Below, in pieces: positions 20,947 to 29,788 of a stretch of DNA of 40,590 bases. A program made the position numbers and the translations under genes. The DNA is from an uncultured Bacilli bacterium (GTDB lineage: Bacteria; Bacillota_I; Bacilli_A; RF39; UBA660). Below the pieces are notes generated by a model. The model was not told the origin of the DNA and did not search any database. It was given only the letters and a program-made list of their open reading frames with translations. Location of the stretch: contig CALVVK010000002.1 in NCBI GenBank assembly GCA_944363825.1, positions 1 through 40,590 on the forward strand. Direction: 5' to 3'. The stretch's first letter is position 1; every line of letters begins with the position of its first letter.

Positions 20947-22005
20947 TTACTCCGTTACAATAAATGCTGTTGGTAGGCGCCATGAGGAATTGGAATAATA
21001 AAATGTTACACTATCCATTAGATATTCGCCGTTATAATACATGGTTGAGGAACTTCCCCCATCAATATTGGCGGCATTGACAGCACCATATTCACTCATG
21101 ATTTCGATTAAATCCGCGGCGGTGGCTCCTAGATGACCATTTTTACCGCGACCATCAGTCACTAAAAATAAAACTGATCCATCTTCCCTTTGGCCAATTG
21201 CGGTCCGGGGATTAGCGCCACTACCTAAACCATTCATCTCTCTAATTTTACCATTGATAATTAGTTTAACAAAATGATTATTGGCATCACTCATCTCTTC
21301 TTGGAAAGATACGGCATCCCTAATTTGTTCAGTAGCGATTAACTCAGTGATTTCTTCTTTATTCATATTACTAATATCAATAATCCGTAAAACATTACTT
21401 TCATCGAAGCCAATCAAATGTAATCCCTTTATGCCTAAAGTCATATCTTGAATTTGTCCCTTACTGACAGTTACTCCTAAAGGGCGCCCTCCTTTATTAG
21501 CATCACTATAATAAAGACCACCATTAATACCCGCTAGAGCATCGTTTTCATTAACTAATTTATCTAACTCTTTACCATATTCGCTCCACGGATAAGTTGT
21601 TGCTAAACTAATTTTCGCCGGATCATTAATAACCATCATTGTGCCTTCGAAATTATTACCTGTAACTTTATGAATTTCAATTAATTCCTTGTTAGTATTA
21701 TCACTAACATTTATTAAGTCTGTATCAACTTCTTCTTGCATTGTTGCTAGCGAGTTTTGTGATACAATTGCGGAAATTTCCGCATCACTTAAGAAAAGAG
21801 ATGCTAAAAACTTTAATTGGCCAGTTTCTAAAATCGTCGTTACAAATAAATTTCTCGCACTAGTTGAAGGCCCATGACAAATTAAAAATATCGTTAAAAA
21901 TAAAGTTACAATGAGAATTCCTAAAAATATACCAATAAATGAAAATGATTTACCAATTAATTTTACTACTTTCATAATAATACCTACCACAATTACCATT
22001 ATCAT
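20947..22005 (-). CDS. Phosphodiester glycosidase family protein (NAGPA/DUF2233-like), membrane-anchored
   Basis: 352 aa with an N-terminal TM segment and the motifs GINGGLYY and AANIDGGSSSTM, characteristic of the NAGPA 'uncovering enzyme'-like domain. The exact start is uncertain because there are several Met codons near the N-terminus. Confidence 0.8.
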   Translation of the reverse strand: MIMVIVVGIIMKVVKLIGKSFSFIGIFLGILIVTLFLTIFLICHGPSTSARNLFVTTILETGQLKFLASLFLSDAEISAIVSQNSLATMQEEVDTDLINVSDNTNKELIEIHKVTGNNFEGTMMVINDPAKISLATTYPWSEYGKELDKLVNENDALAGINGGLYYSDANKGGRPLGVTVSKGQIQDMTLGIKGLHLIGFDESNVLRIIDISNMNKEEITELIATEQIRDAVSFQEEMSDANNHFVKLIINGKIREMNGLGSGANPRTAIGQREDGSVLFLVTDGRGKNGHLGATAADLIEIMSEYGAVNAANIDGGSSSTMYYNGEYLMDSVTFYYSNSSWRLPTAFIVTE

Positions 22006-22062
22006 ACCATAATAATTGATTTTTATAAAGTAGTTTGCAAAAAAAATTCTCCATGCTATAAT

Positions 22063-23388
22063 ATGGCTAGTGATGTTATGAAGAAGTTATTTATATTATT
22101 TTTATTAATACCAATATTAAATGTTAAAGGTGAAGTAAGAGAAAATTATCTTACTGATGTAAAAATGTTTATAAATGATACTTTAACTAGTAAATTAACT
22201 GATAATAATTATAGTACTTATATAACATTAAATAAAGAGGAAGTTATTAAAATAACAAGTGAAGAGGAATTTAATTATGTCTATATAATTTATTATCGTG
22301 ATTCAATGACAGGAACACTTACTTATAATACTAATAAATTAAATGTCGGCAGGAATTCTTTTTTACATGAATGCCTAAAACTAGATAATAAAACTACTGT
22401 TGCTGAGTTATCTTATGAGGAAGATGTCCGAATTAAAGAAATATTTTTGTTTGATACTACTCTTCCCAGTTGGGTTCAAACTTGGGAAGTTCCTTATCAA
22501 GAAGCGGATATTGTTCTTTTTTCTACTCACAGTGATGATGAACACCTTTTCTTTGCGGGGTTAATTCCCACCATGATTGCGAATGATAAAAAAATACAAG
22601 TTGTATATTTAACGCAGCATAATGATAATCCCCAAAGATTAGATGAGCAATTAAATGGCTTGTGGGCGGTTGGTATGAGAAATTATCCTGTTTTGGGCGT
22701 AATACCGGATGCTTACTCTACTTCTTTAAATGGGGCAATAAATAATTTAACTAATCAAGGTTTTAGTAGTGATGATGTCACCAATTTTATTTATGACATT
22801 ATAAAGCGGTTTAAACCGAAAGTTGTGGTTGGACATGATGAGGCCGGAGAATACGGGCATGGTCAGCACATGTTAAATACTTATGCTTTAAAGAATGCCT
22901 TGAATTTACTTAGGGAAGAAGAAAAACCATATAAAGTTTATTTACATTTGTATCAAGAAAATCCCATAATAATGAATTATGATATTCCTTTAGAATACTA
23001 TAATGGCTTAACAGCATTTGCCGTTTCAAAATTGGGTTATGCCGAGCATAAATCCCAACATTATACTTGGTTTACCGATTGGTTATTAGGTAAAAATGCC
23101 GAATATACGTTAGCAACAGATATTAAAACTTATAGTCCTCTAGAATATGGGCTATATTATTCCAAAGTCGGTTATGAAAATAAGGATGGGGATATGTTTT
23201 ATAATATCCCTGAAGAAATTAAAGATAATGAGGATAATAATCAAAATGCCGATAATTTAAGGGATACGCCGATTATTACTGATGATGATAAGGAAAAAAA
23301 TTATAATTATCTATATTATATTGCTGCTGGAACTATTTTCTTAATTGTTATAGTTGTTATTATTTTAAAAGTTAAGAAAAAACATTAG
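22063..23388 (+). CDS. PIG-L/LmbE-family deacetylase with an N-terminal signal/anchor and a C-terminal TM anchor
   Basis: 441 aa. It has the PIG-L motif VLFSTHSDDEHLFFAG and later HDEAGEYGHGQH. An N-terminal hydrophobic stretch is present, and a C-terminal TM segment reads YYIAAGTIFLIVIVVIILKV. Confidence 0.8.
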   Translation: MASDVMKKLFILFLLIPILNVKGEVRENYLTDVKMFINDTLTSKLTDNNYSTYITLNKEEVIKITSEEEFNYVYIIYYRDSMTGTLTYNTNKLNVGRNSFLHECLKLDNKTTVAELSYEEDVRIKEIFLFDTTLPSWVQTWEVPYQEADIVLFSTHSDDEHLFFAGLIPTMIANDKKIQVVYLTQHNDNPQRLDEQLNGLWAVGMRNYPVLGVIPDAYSTSLNGAINNLTNQGFSSDDVTNFIYDIIKRFKPKVVVGHDEAGEYGHGQHMLNTYALKNALNLLREEEKPYKVYLHLYQENPIIMNYDIPLEYYNGLTAFAVSKLGYAEHKSQHYTWFTDWLLGKNAEYTLATDIKTYSPLEYGLYYSKVGYENKDGDMFYNIPEEIKDNEDNNQNADNLRDTPIITDDDKEKNYNYLYYIAAGTIFLIVIVVIILKVKKKH

Positions 23389-23410
23389 ATTTTTTAGTTT
23401 CTAATGTTTT
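23379..23410. terminator. Bidirectional hairpin between the convergent PIG-L gene and rny
   Basis: 11-bp inverted repeat AAAACATTAGA / TCTAATGTTTT with a 10-nt T-rich loop. The arms overlap both stop codons. Confidence 0.6.
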
Positions 23411-24965
23411 ATTTTGCTTCTTCTTGAACTCGCGTTTCTCTGATAACCGTTATTTTTATTGTGCCCGGATATTGCATTTCCCGTTCAATTTGTTCTTTAA
23501 TATCGCGCGCCATTTTATAACTTTTAGCATCATCAATTTCTTCCGGCTTAACTATAACTCTAAGTTCCCGACCGGCTTGCATAGCAAATGTTTTTTCAAC
23601 GCCTTCATAAGAATTACCAATTTCTTCTAATTGTTCCAATCTCTTAATGTAATTTTCTAAAGTATCATTACGGGCCCCTGGTCTAGCTGCCGATAAGGTG
23701 TCCGCAACTGCAACTAAAACAGCAATAGTTGATTTGGCTTCTGTATCTCCATGGTGAGATGCTATAGCATCAAGGACAACTTCGGGTTCATGATGTTTCT
23801 TAGCAAATTCCAAACCGATTTCAACATGACTTCCTTCAACTTCAAAATCAATGGCTTTACCAATATCATGCAGTAACCCCGCTCTTTTGGCTAAGGTAAC
23901 ATTTTCACCAAGTTCAGAAGCCATAAGACCTGTCAGATTAGCAACTTCAATCGAATGTTGTAAAGCATTTTGACCGTAACTGGTGCGAAAATTAAGTTTA
24001 CCAACTAAGGTTACTAATTCCGGATCCATTTTAGCAATTCCTAAATCATTAATTGTTTTATTCCCAATTTGAATAATTCGGGCATTGACATCTTTAACTG
24101 TCTTATCATATATCTCTTCAATTCTACCAGGATGAATTCGCCCATCCTTAATTAAAGATTCAATTGTTAATTTAGCAATTTCTCTTCTTAAAGGATCAAA
24201 TGATGAAATGGCTATTGCTTCGGGGGTATCATCAATGATTAAATCGACTCCTGTAACTGATTCAATAGTTCGAATATTTCGACCCTCACGACCAATAAGT
24301 CGACCTTTCATATCATCATTTGGCAAACTAATTGTACTAACAGTTTGTAAACCTACCACATCATCCGCATAGCGTTCCATACTGTTCACAATTAATTGTT
24401 TGGCAATTTCATGCGCTTCCAACTTGGCTTTAGCCTCTTCTTCTTTGATGTAATTAGTTATTTCTAATTCCATATCCGCCTCAACCCGTTCTAAGATTGC
24501 GGCCCGCGCCTTTTCTTTGCTAAATTTTGAAATTTGTTCAAGTTTTGCTACTTCTTCTTTGAGTAGCATATCCATTTTTTCCTCTTTGTCTTGTAAATTT
24601 TTTTGTTTTACCAATAAATCATTTTCTTTTTCTTGTAAATTATTATCTCGATTTTGAAGCATTTCTTCTCTTTTATCTAAGTTGTTTTCTCTTTGTAAAA
24701 TACGATCTTCACTTTGTAAAAGTTCCGCCTTTTTTTCTTTTATTTCGGCTTCAGTTTCTTGTTTCAAGCGATATGATTCTTGCTTTAGTTCAAGTAAAGT
24801 ATCTCGTTTATTCCTTTCTGCTTCTTTCTTGGCTTCTTCAATAAATTTATCGGCTTTACTCATTGCCCGAGATGTTTTTATACTAAAAACAATCCAGACA
24901 ATAGCCCCTCCAACTAAAATTCCAACAACAAGAGCCAAAATGGATATTAGAATAATATTATCCAT
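23409..24965 (-). CDS. rny: Ribonuclease Y
   Basis: 518 aa with an N-terminal TM helix, a coiled-coil region, a KH domain (GREGRNIR) and an HD domain (LLHDIGKA). Confidence 0.95.
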   Translation of the reverse strand: MDNIILISILALVVGILVGGAIVWIVFSIKTSRAMSKADKFIEEAKKEAERNKRDTLLELKQESYRLKQETEAEIKEKKAELLQSEDRILQRENNLDKREEMLQNRDNNLQEKENDLLVKQKNLQDKEEKMDMLLKEEVAKLEQISKFSKEKARAAILERVEADMELEITNYIKEEEAKAKLEAHEIAKQLIVNSMERYADDVVGLQTVSTISLPNDDMKGRLIGREGRNIRTIESVTGVDLIIDDTPEAIAISSFDPLRREIAKLTIESLIKDGRIHPGRIEEIYDKTVKDVNARIIQIGNKTINDLGIAKMDPELVTLVGKLNFRTSYGQNALQHSIEVANLTGLMASELGENVTLAKRAGLLHDIGKAIDFEVEGSHVEIGLEFAKKHHEPEVVLDAIASHHGDTEAKSTIAVLVAVADTLSAARPGARNDTLENYIKRLEQLEEIGNSYEGVEKTFAMQAGRELRVIVKPEEIDDAKSYKMARDIKEQIEREMQYPGTIKITVIRETRVQEEAK

Positions 24966-25079
24966 TTTAAGTCCTCCATTTTCTTATAGAATATATATTA
25001 AATATGTAATATTTATTTATATCTACAATTTAATTATAATGTTAAATAGCAAAATAATCAAGTAATATTATTAAACAAA

Positions 25080-26366
25080 TTATTGTAAGTGCTGTTTTTT
25101 GATAATAAAATCGTAGATTAATTGGCTACCCATTGCTATTATAATAAATCTTATCGGAAAAAATGTTATAGCATATCTTTCATAAGCAAAGGCACAACAA
25201 TAAAGAATTATTTGCATTCCATATAATATTATCAAAAATAAAAATTCCGGAATATGTTTTCTTTTTAAGATAATTAAGATACTAGATATAATAAACATAA
25301 TAAGATCAATTATTCTAAATACTAAATTAACTTTAATATCTATATTAAATACTTCATCCCAGTAAAAGGTAGAATATAACATTATTTTTGGTTTATAAAT
25401 TAAATAAGATTTCAACATAGATATTTTATCATGTTCCCACCAGTAAGAGATACGATATAAGGCTTTCATTTTATCATACTCTAGGGAATAATACACTTTA
25501 TATTTATCACGGGGATAATCTTCATTTAAATATTTTTGCATTTCTTTGGGCATTTTCGCAGCAACATTGGTTTTATAATCTAACTCTTCATCTTCCGGAT
25601 AACCAACACCTTGATAAGTCCCTAATAATAAGGGATTGCCACTACCATAAGTTAAGGGAATAAATTTATCAAAAACTTGATAGTTACGAATTATCCAGGG
25701 TAATAGTGATAAAACTACTGCTGCTAAACCAATTAAACATTTTTTTAATAATTCTTTTTTATTATATTTTTGAATAATTAAACATATTATTAAGGCGATT
25801 GGAAATATGATAATATTGGGACGAATAAATACTCCTAAAATGTAAAAAAGTAATATTAAATAGAAATCTTTATTACGATGATTCCTTAAAAAAAGTAAAG
25901 AATAATAGATGAGTAATAATAATATTAAAATAAAAGGAGTTTCCGTTAAAATTAAATTATTCAGCCAGATATAATCGGGAGCCATTAGAAAAAGACAGAT
26001 TAAAGCCGAAATATATTTATTGGCAAATAATAAAGATATTTTATATAAAACGATAATTGATATAACAGAAAAAATTAGATAAAGGATTTTTAAGGCTATT
26101 AATAAGCCACTACCTGTACAAAAAAATAGACATAAAAAGGCTATTAAATAAGTTAATCCCGGCATGATTTGGGCAGAAGTCACACCATGCATGGTGATTT
26201 TACCAGATTCATAAAAAGTTATCCCACTATTAATATAACTTAAATCATCACTATTAATTGAATAATCATAACCCAAATCTAGTAAGGCTAATACTTTTAT
26301 TATGATAAATATTATTAATAAAACTATAAACAATTTATTCTCTTTTACAAAACCTATTTTTTTCAT
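25080..26366 (-). CDS. Polytopic GT-C type (GT39/ArnT/PMT-like) membrane glycosyltransferase
   Basis: 428 aa with about 11 TM segments. The first extracytoplasmic loop carries an acidic DD motif (SINSDDLSYINSG), as in ArnT/PMT_2 enzymes. Confidence 0.7.
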   Translation of the reverse strand: MKKIGFVKENKLFIVLLIIFIIIKVLALLDLGYDYSINSDDLSYINSGITFYESGKITMHGVTSAQIMPGLTYLIAFLCLFFCTGSGLLIALKILYLIFSVISIIVLYKISLLFANKYISALICLFLMAPDYIWLNNLILTETPFILILLLLIYYSLLFLRNHRNKDFYLILLFYILGVFIRPNIIIFPIALIICLIIQKYNKKELLKKCLIGLAAVVLSLLPWIIRNYQVFDKFIPLTYGSGNPLLLGTYQGVGYPEDEELDYKTNVAAKMPKEMQKYLNEDYPRDKYKVYYSLEYDKMKALYRISYWWEHDKISMLKSYLIYKPKIMLYSTFYWDEVFNIDIKVNLVFRIIDLIMFIISSILIILKRKHIPEFLFLIILYGMQIILYCCAFAYERYAITFFPIRFIIIAMGSQLIYDFIIKKQHLQ

Positions 26367-26380
26367 TAATTATTTTACTC

Positions 26381-27691
26381 CTAATCGACATCAAAATAAT
26401 TTATACAAAAAGTTGCATATAAAGGAACTGATTTTATATTATTTTCAAAGCCAAAATTTCTAGAACTAATTCTGATGGCATAGGCTGGTTTGTACTTTTC
26501 CATATAATAATTAAGACTCTTGGAGTTGTTATTAATATTGGCTTTTACTTCAATAGGGATAATTCCCTTTTTATTATATAGTAAAAAATCTATTTCGGAT
26601 CTATTTTCTGACTGCCAATAATATAAATTTTGCTTTCTTATAAGTTCAGTTGCCACATAAGATTCGGCAAGTACGCCTTTATACATAAATTCTTTATTGA
26701 GCATGATATCTTCATACTTTAATTCTAATAAACTAGTAAGTATTCCAACGTCACTTAAATATAATTTAAATACATCTTCATCAATAAAGCCTTTTAAAGG
26801 AATTTCAACTTTTTTTATCGCATTAGACTTAATTATCATTTTACTAGATAATAACCAGTCTAATGATATTTCATAATCTCTTTTTCTAGCATTGTTATTT
26901 ATTTTGCTAAATTGAAATTTATTACTGGGATTAGCCAGTTGGGAAGGAATAGAATTATATATTGCTTCATTTTTTATCCCTTCCGTAATATTATTTATAT
27001 ATTTATTCATATCACTAAGATAAGCAACTATGATATTTGCTATAATAGTTCGATCAACATTTAATATGTTTTGGGTTTCTTGTAAACTTAATACCATTTT
27101 TGGCATACCACCAACACATAAAAACATCCGATAATAATCCAATAATTTTTCATGAATAACATCACTCATTTTTTCATTATTTTGATAACATTTCTTTATT
27201 TCAGCAATAAATATTTCCTTATCCATTGCCCATAAGAATTCTTCAAAGTCCAAAGGATACATCGTTGTCATAATAACTTTACCAACAGGAAATGAGGAAT
27301 GAAATCTATTAATTTTTACTCCCAAAAGAGAACCAGCGCAAATAATTTTATAAGCAATATTACTTTCACAAAAATATTTTAAACTACTTATTATTTCTTC
27401 TGATTCTTGAACTTCGTCAAAAAATATTATTGTATTTTCAAAATCAATAGTATATCCTAGGGATAATTCCATTCTTCTAATTTTATCTGTAATATTTATT
27501 GGCTCTTTAAAAATACTAACAATTTCTTCTTGTTCTAATAAATTAATATATATATAATTAGAAAATTCTTTTTCACAAAACTCTTTGATTATATAAGTTT
27601 TACCTATTTGTCTAGCTCCGAGAACCATTAGGGGAGTTTCTATATGTTCATTTTTCCAATTTACTAACTCTTCATATATCTTTCTTTTCAT
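26381..27691 (-). CDS. AAA+ ATPase (AAA_14/COG1373-like) with a C-terminal DUF4143/PD-(D/E)xK-like module, paralog 2
   Basis: Walker A is GARQIGKTY and Walker B is IIFFDEVQ. The C-terminus reads SEIDFLLYNKKGIIPIEVKA. The ORF track extends to a GTG at 27700. The ATG at 27689-27691 (MKRKIYEEL) is preceded by AGGTGA and matches the N-terminus of paralog 1, so it is the preferred start. Confidence 0.85.
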   Translation of the reverse strand: MKRKIYEELVNWKNEHIETPLMVLGARQIGKTYIIKEFCEKEFSNYIYINLLEQEEIVSIFKEPINITDKIRRMELSLGYTIDFENTIIFFDEVQESEEIISSLKYFCESNIAYKIICAGSLLGVKINRFHSSFPVGKVIMTTMYPLDFEEFLWAMDKEIFIAEIKKCYQNNEKMSDVIHEKLLDYYRMFLCVGGMPKMVLSLQETQNILNVDRTIIANIIVAYLSDMNKYINNITEGIKNEAIYNSIPSQLANPSNKFQFSKINNNARKRDYEISLDWLLSSKMIIKSNAIKKVEIPLKGFIDEDVFKLYLSDVGILTSLLELKYEDIMLNKEFMYKGVLAESYVATELIRKQNLYYWQSENRSEIDFLLYNKKGIIPIEVKANINNNSKSLNYYMEKYKPAYAIRISSRNFGFENNIKSVPLYATFCINYFDVD

Positions 27692-27708
27692 CGATATCAC
27701 CTAATACA

Positions 27709-27737
27709 AATATACAATAATTATAACAAATTGTCAA
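27709..27737 (-). promoter_or_regulatory. SigA-type promoter of AAA+ paralog 2, overlapped by the ACAA-A-TTGT palindrome
   Basis: On the minus strand, TTGACA (27732-27737), a 17-nt spacer, then TATATT (27709-27714). The palindrome at 27726-27734 overlaps the -35 element. Confidence 0.6.
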
Positions 27738-27740
27738 TTT

Positions 27741-27829
27741 TTTCACGTTTTTGACACGAGTTTTTTGAAAAATTTCACGTTTTTGATACGAGTTTTTTGA
27801 AAAATTTCACGTTTTTGGCATGAGTTTTT
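27741..27829 (-). repeat. 32-bp tandem repeat, about 2.8 copies, between tagA and AAA+ paralog 2
   Basis: The unit TTTCACGTTTTTGACACGAGTTTTTTGAAAAA occurs at 27741-27772 and 27773-27804 (1 mismatch). A partial, diverged copy starts at 27805 and runs into the tagA stop codon. Confidence 0.9.
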
Positions 27830-28532
27830 ATTTTTTCTTTATTTTAAACATAAATTTAACATTACTATTCCAAAACCTTTTTAATCTTTTAGGTTCCGTT
27901 ACTATGCGATAAAGCCATTCTAAATTTAGTTTAATAAATATTTTAGGGGCTCTTTTTTTAGTGCCACTTAAAACATCGAAAGATCCACCTACCCCAATAT
28001 ATATACCTTTTGGGGCTTGGTTAAAATATTGGGAAATTAGTATTTCTTGATGTGGTATACCTAAGGCAACCATGCAAATATCCGGACTTTTTTGGATAAT
28101 ATCTTGCATTACTTGATCTCTATTGGCTACATAACCATTACTATATCCAAGAATTTTTATATTTGGATACTCCTTTTTTATTTTATCCACTAAAGATTCT
28201 ATTACTTCTTCTTTGGCGCCGAATAAGTAAATAGAATATTTTTTTTCATTAGCAAGTTTTAGTAAATATTCGGCGATATCAATACCCGTAATGCGCTCAG
28301 CAACATTTATTCCCATTTTCCGTGCGGCTTTGACAACAGCAATACCATCAGGAACAAAACTATTGTTGCCCATAAGTATTTTTTGTAATTCGGGATTACT
28401 TTCACTTAACATTAAAGTTTCCGGATTAACTGTTATAATAAACCTTTTATGTTGCTGTTTTAAATCATTTTCTAAAAGTTTAAAATATTTATCTTTGTCC
28501 TTAGTAAATAATTTTTTTAAATATTCTTGCAT
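27828..28532 (-). CDS. tagA: WecB/TagA/CpsF-family N-acetylmannosaminyltransferase
   Basis: 234 aa with the motifs PDGIAVV, ALGIPHQE, GVGGSFDVLSGTKKRAPK and LEWLYR. It overlaps mnaA by 16 nt. Confidence 0.9.
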   Translation of the reverse strand: MQEYLKKLFTKDKDKYFKLLENDLKQQHKRFIITVNPETLMLSESNPELQKILMGNNSFVPDGIAVVKAARKMGINVAERITGIDIAEYLLKLANEKKYSIYLFGAKEEVIESLVDKIKKEYPNIKILGYSNGYVANRDQVMQDIIQKSPDICMVALGIPHQEILISQYFNQAPKGIYIGVGGSFDVLSGTKKRAPKIFIKLNLEWLYRIVTEPKRLKRFWNSNVKFMFKIKKK

Positions 28533-29632
28533 TTTATCCTCTTTATTATCGCATCAGCAATATATTCACTGGCATGACCATCACCATATGGGTTACTTGC
28601 TTGATGCATTTTTTCATATTCTTGCTTATCGGTTAATAATTTTTTTATTTCTTTATAAATTGTTTCTTCATTAGTGCCAACTAGTTTTAATGTACCGGCT
28701 TTAATTCCTTCAGGTCGTTCAGTAGTATCTCTTAAGACTAAGACTGGTTTACCTAAAGATGGGGCTTCTTCTTGAATGCCACCGCTATCAGTAAGAATTA
28801 AATAGGCTTTATTTAAAAAATTATGAAAATCCACTACTTCTAGAGGTTCAATGAGTTTTACTTGATCACAGCCAGCAAATATTTCGTGGGCTATCTCTCT
28901 AACCTGCGGATTCAGGTGAATGGGATAGATTACTTTGACATCATTAAATTCATCAACTATTCTGCGGATGGCTCGAAATATATGGCGCATTGGATCACCT
29001 AAATTTTCGCGACGATGAGCCGTCAGAAGGAGCATTCTTTCCCATTTTTGTATCCACTCTAATTCGGGATGCGTATAATTATTTTGAATCGTTGTTTGCA
29101 TTGCATCAATAGCGGTATTTCCAGTTACATATATTTTGTCAGGACTAATATTTTCTTTAAGTAAGTTTTCTTTACTAATAGCAGTCGGCGCAAAATACAT
29201 ATCAGCAAGGCGATCAACCATTGCCCGGTTCATTTCTTCAGGATATGGCGAGTATTTATCGTTAGTTCTAAGTCCGGCTTCGACATGCCCTATCGCAACT
29301 TTGTTATAAAAAGCCGCAAGGGCTCCCGCAAATGTTGTAGTTGTATCGCCATGAACTAAAACAATATCAGGTTTAACTTCTTTTATTATTCTCTCTAAGC
29401 CATTTAAGGCTCTTGTAGTTATATCGCCTAGAGTTTGACCACTTTGCATAATATTTAAATCATAATTTGGAACAATGTTAAAAGTTTTTAAAACTTGATC
29501 AAGCATTTCCCGGTGTTGAGCAGTAACACAAACTATGCTTTCAATTTCACTTCTTTTTTCTAACTCCTTAATTAAAGGGGCCATCTTTATGGCTTCTGGT
29601 CTTGTTCCAAAAATACTCATTACTTTAATCAT
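28517..29632 (-). CDS. mnaA: UDP-N-acetylglucosamine 2-epimerase (non-hydrolysing)
   Basis: 371 aa with the motifs GTRPEAIKMAPL, HVEAGLRT and TDSGGIQEEAP. Confidence 0.95.
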   Translation of the reverse strand: MIKVMSIFGTRPEAIKMAPLIKELEKRSEIESIVCVTAQHREMLDQVLKTFNIVPNYDLNIMQSGQTLGDITTRALNGLERIIKEVKPDIVLVHGDTTTTFAGALAAFYNKVAIGHVEAGLRTNDKYSPYPEEMNRAMVDRLADMYFAPTAISKENLLKENISPDKIYVTGNTAIDAMQTTIQNNYTHPELEWIQKWERMLLLTAHRRENLGDPMRHIFRAIRRIVDEFNDVKVIYPIHLNPQVREIAHEIFAGCDQVKLIEPLEVVDFHNFLNKAYLILTDSGGIQEEAPSLGKPVLVLRDTTERPEGIKAGTLKLVGTNEETIYKEIKKLLTDKQEYEKMHQASNPYGDGHASEYIADAIIKRIKCKNI

Positions 29633-29691
29633 TTAACTAACACCTACCTTTCTTTATTAAATATATATTTTTTAATTAATATATCCTACTG

Positions 29692-29734
29692 TCTCGGTGC
29701 TCCTCGGTGCTTTTCTTGGTGCTCCTCGGTGCTT
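29692..29734. repeat. Four phased copies of CTYGGTGCT (two 22-nt units) in the intergenic region upstream of mnaA
   Basis: CTCGGTGCT occurs at 29693, 29703 and 29725, and CTTGGTGCT at 29715. Spacings are 10, 12 and 10 nt. This is a locally GC-rich island in an AT-rich spacer, 60-100 nt upstream of the mnaA ATG. Confidence 0.75.
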
Positions 29735-29788
29735 ATTTAATTATATTAATAATAAGTAACACCACTCCCCTAAACTATACAATAGTAC

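Noticed and set aside
27741-27829. Possible small CRISPR array, because of regularly spaced ~32-bp repeats
   Set aside because: The copies are directly contiguous tandem repeats with no unique spacers between them. There are fewer than 3 copies, and no cas genes occur in the window.
29692-29734. CTCGGTGCT repeats as part of a small coding sequence or a terminator
   Set aside because: The translation (LGAPRCFSWCSSVL) has no start codon or ribosome-binding-site context. The repeats are direct rather than inverted, so no stem-loop can form.
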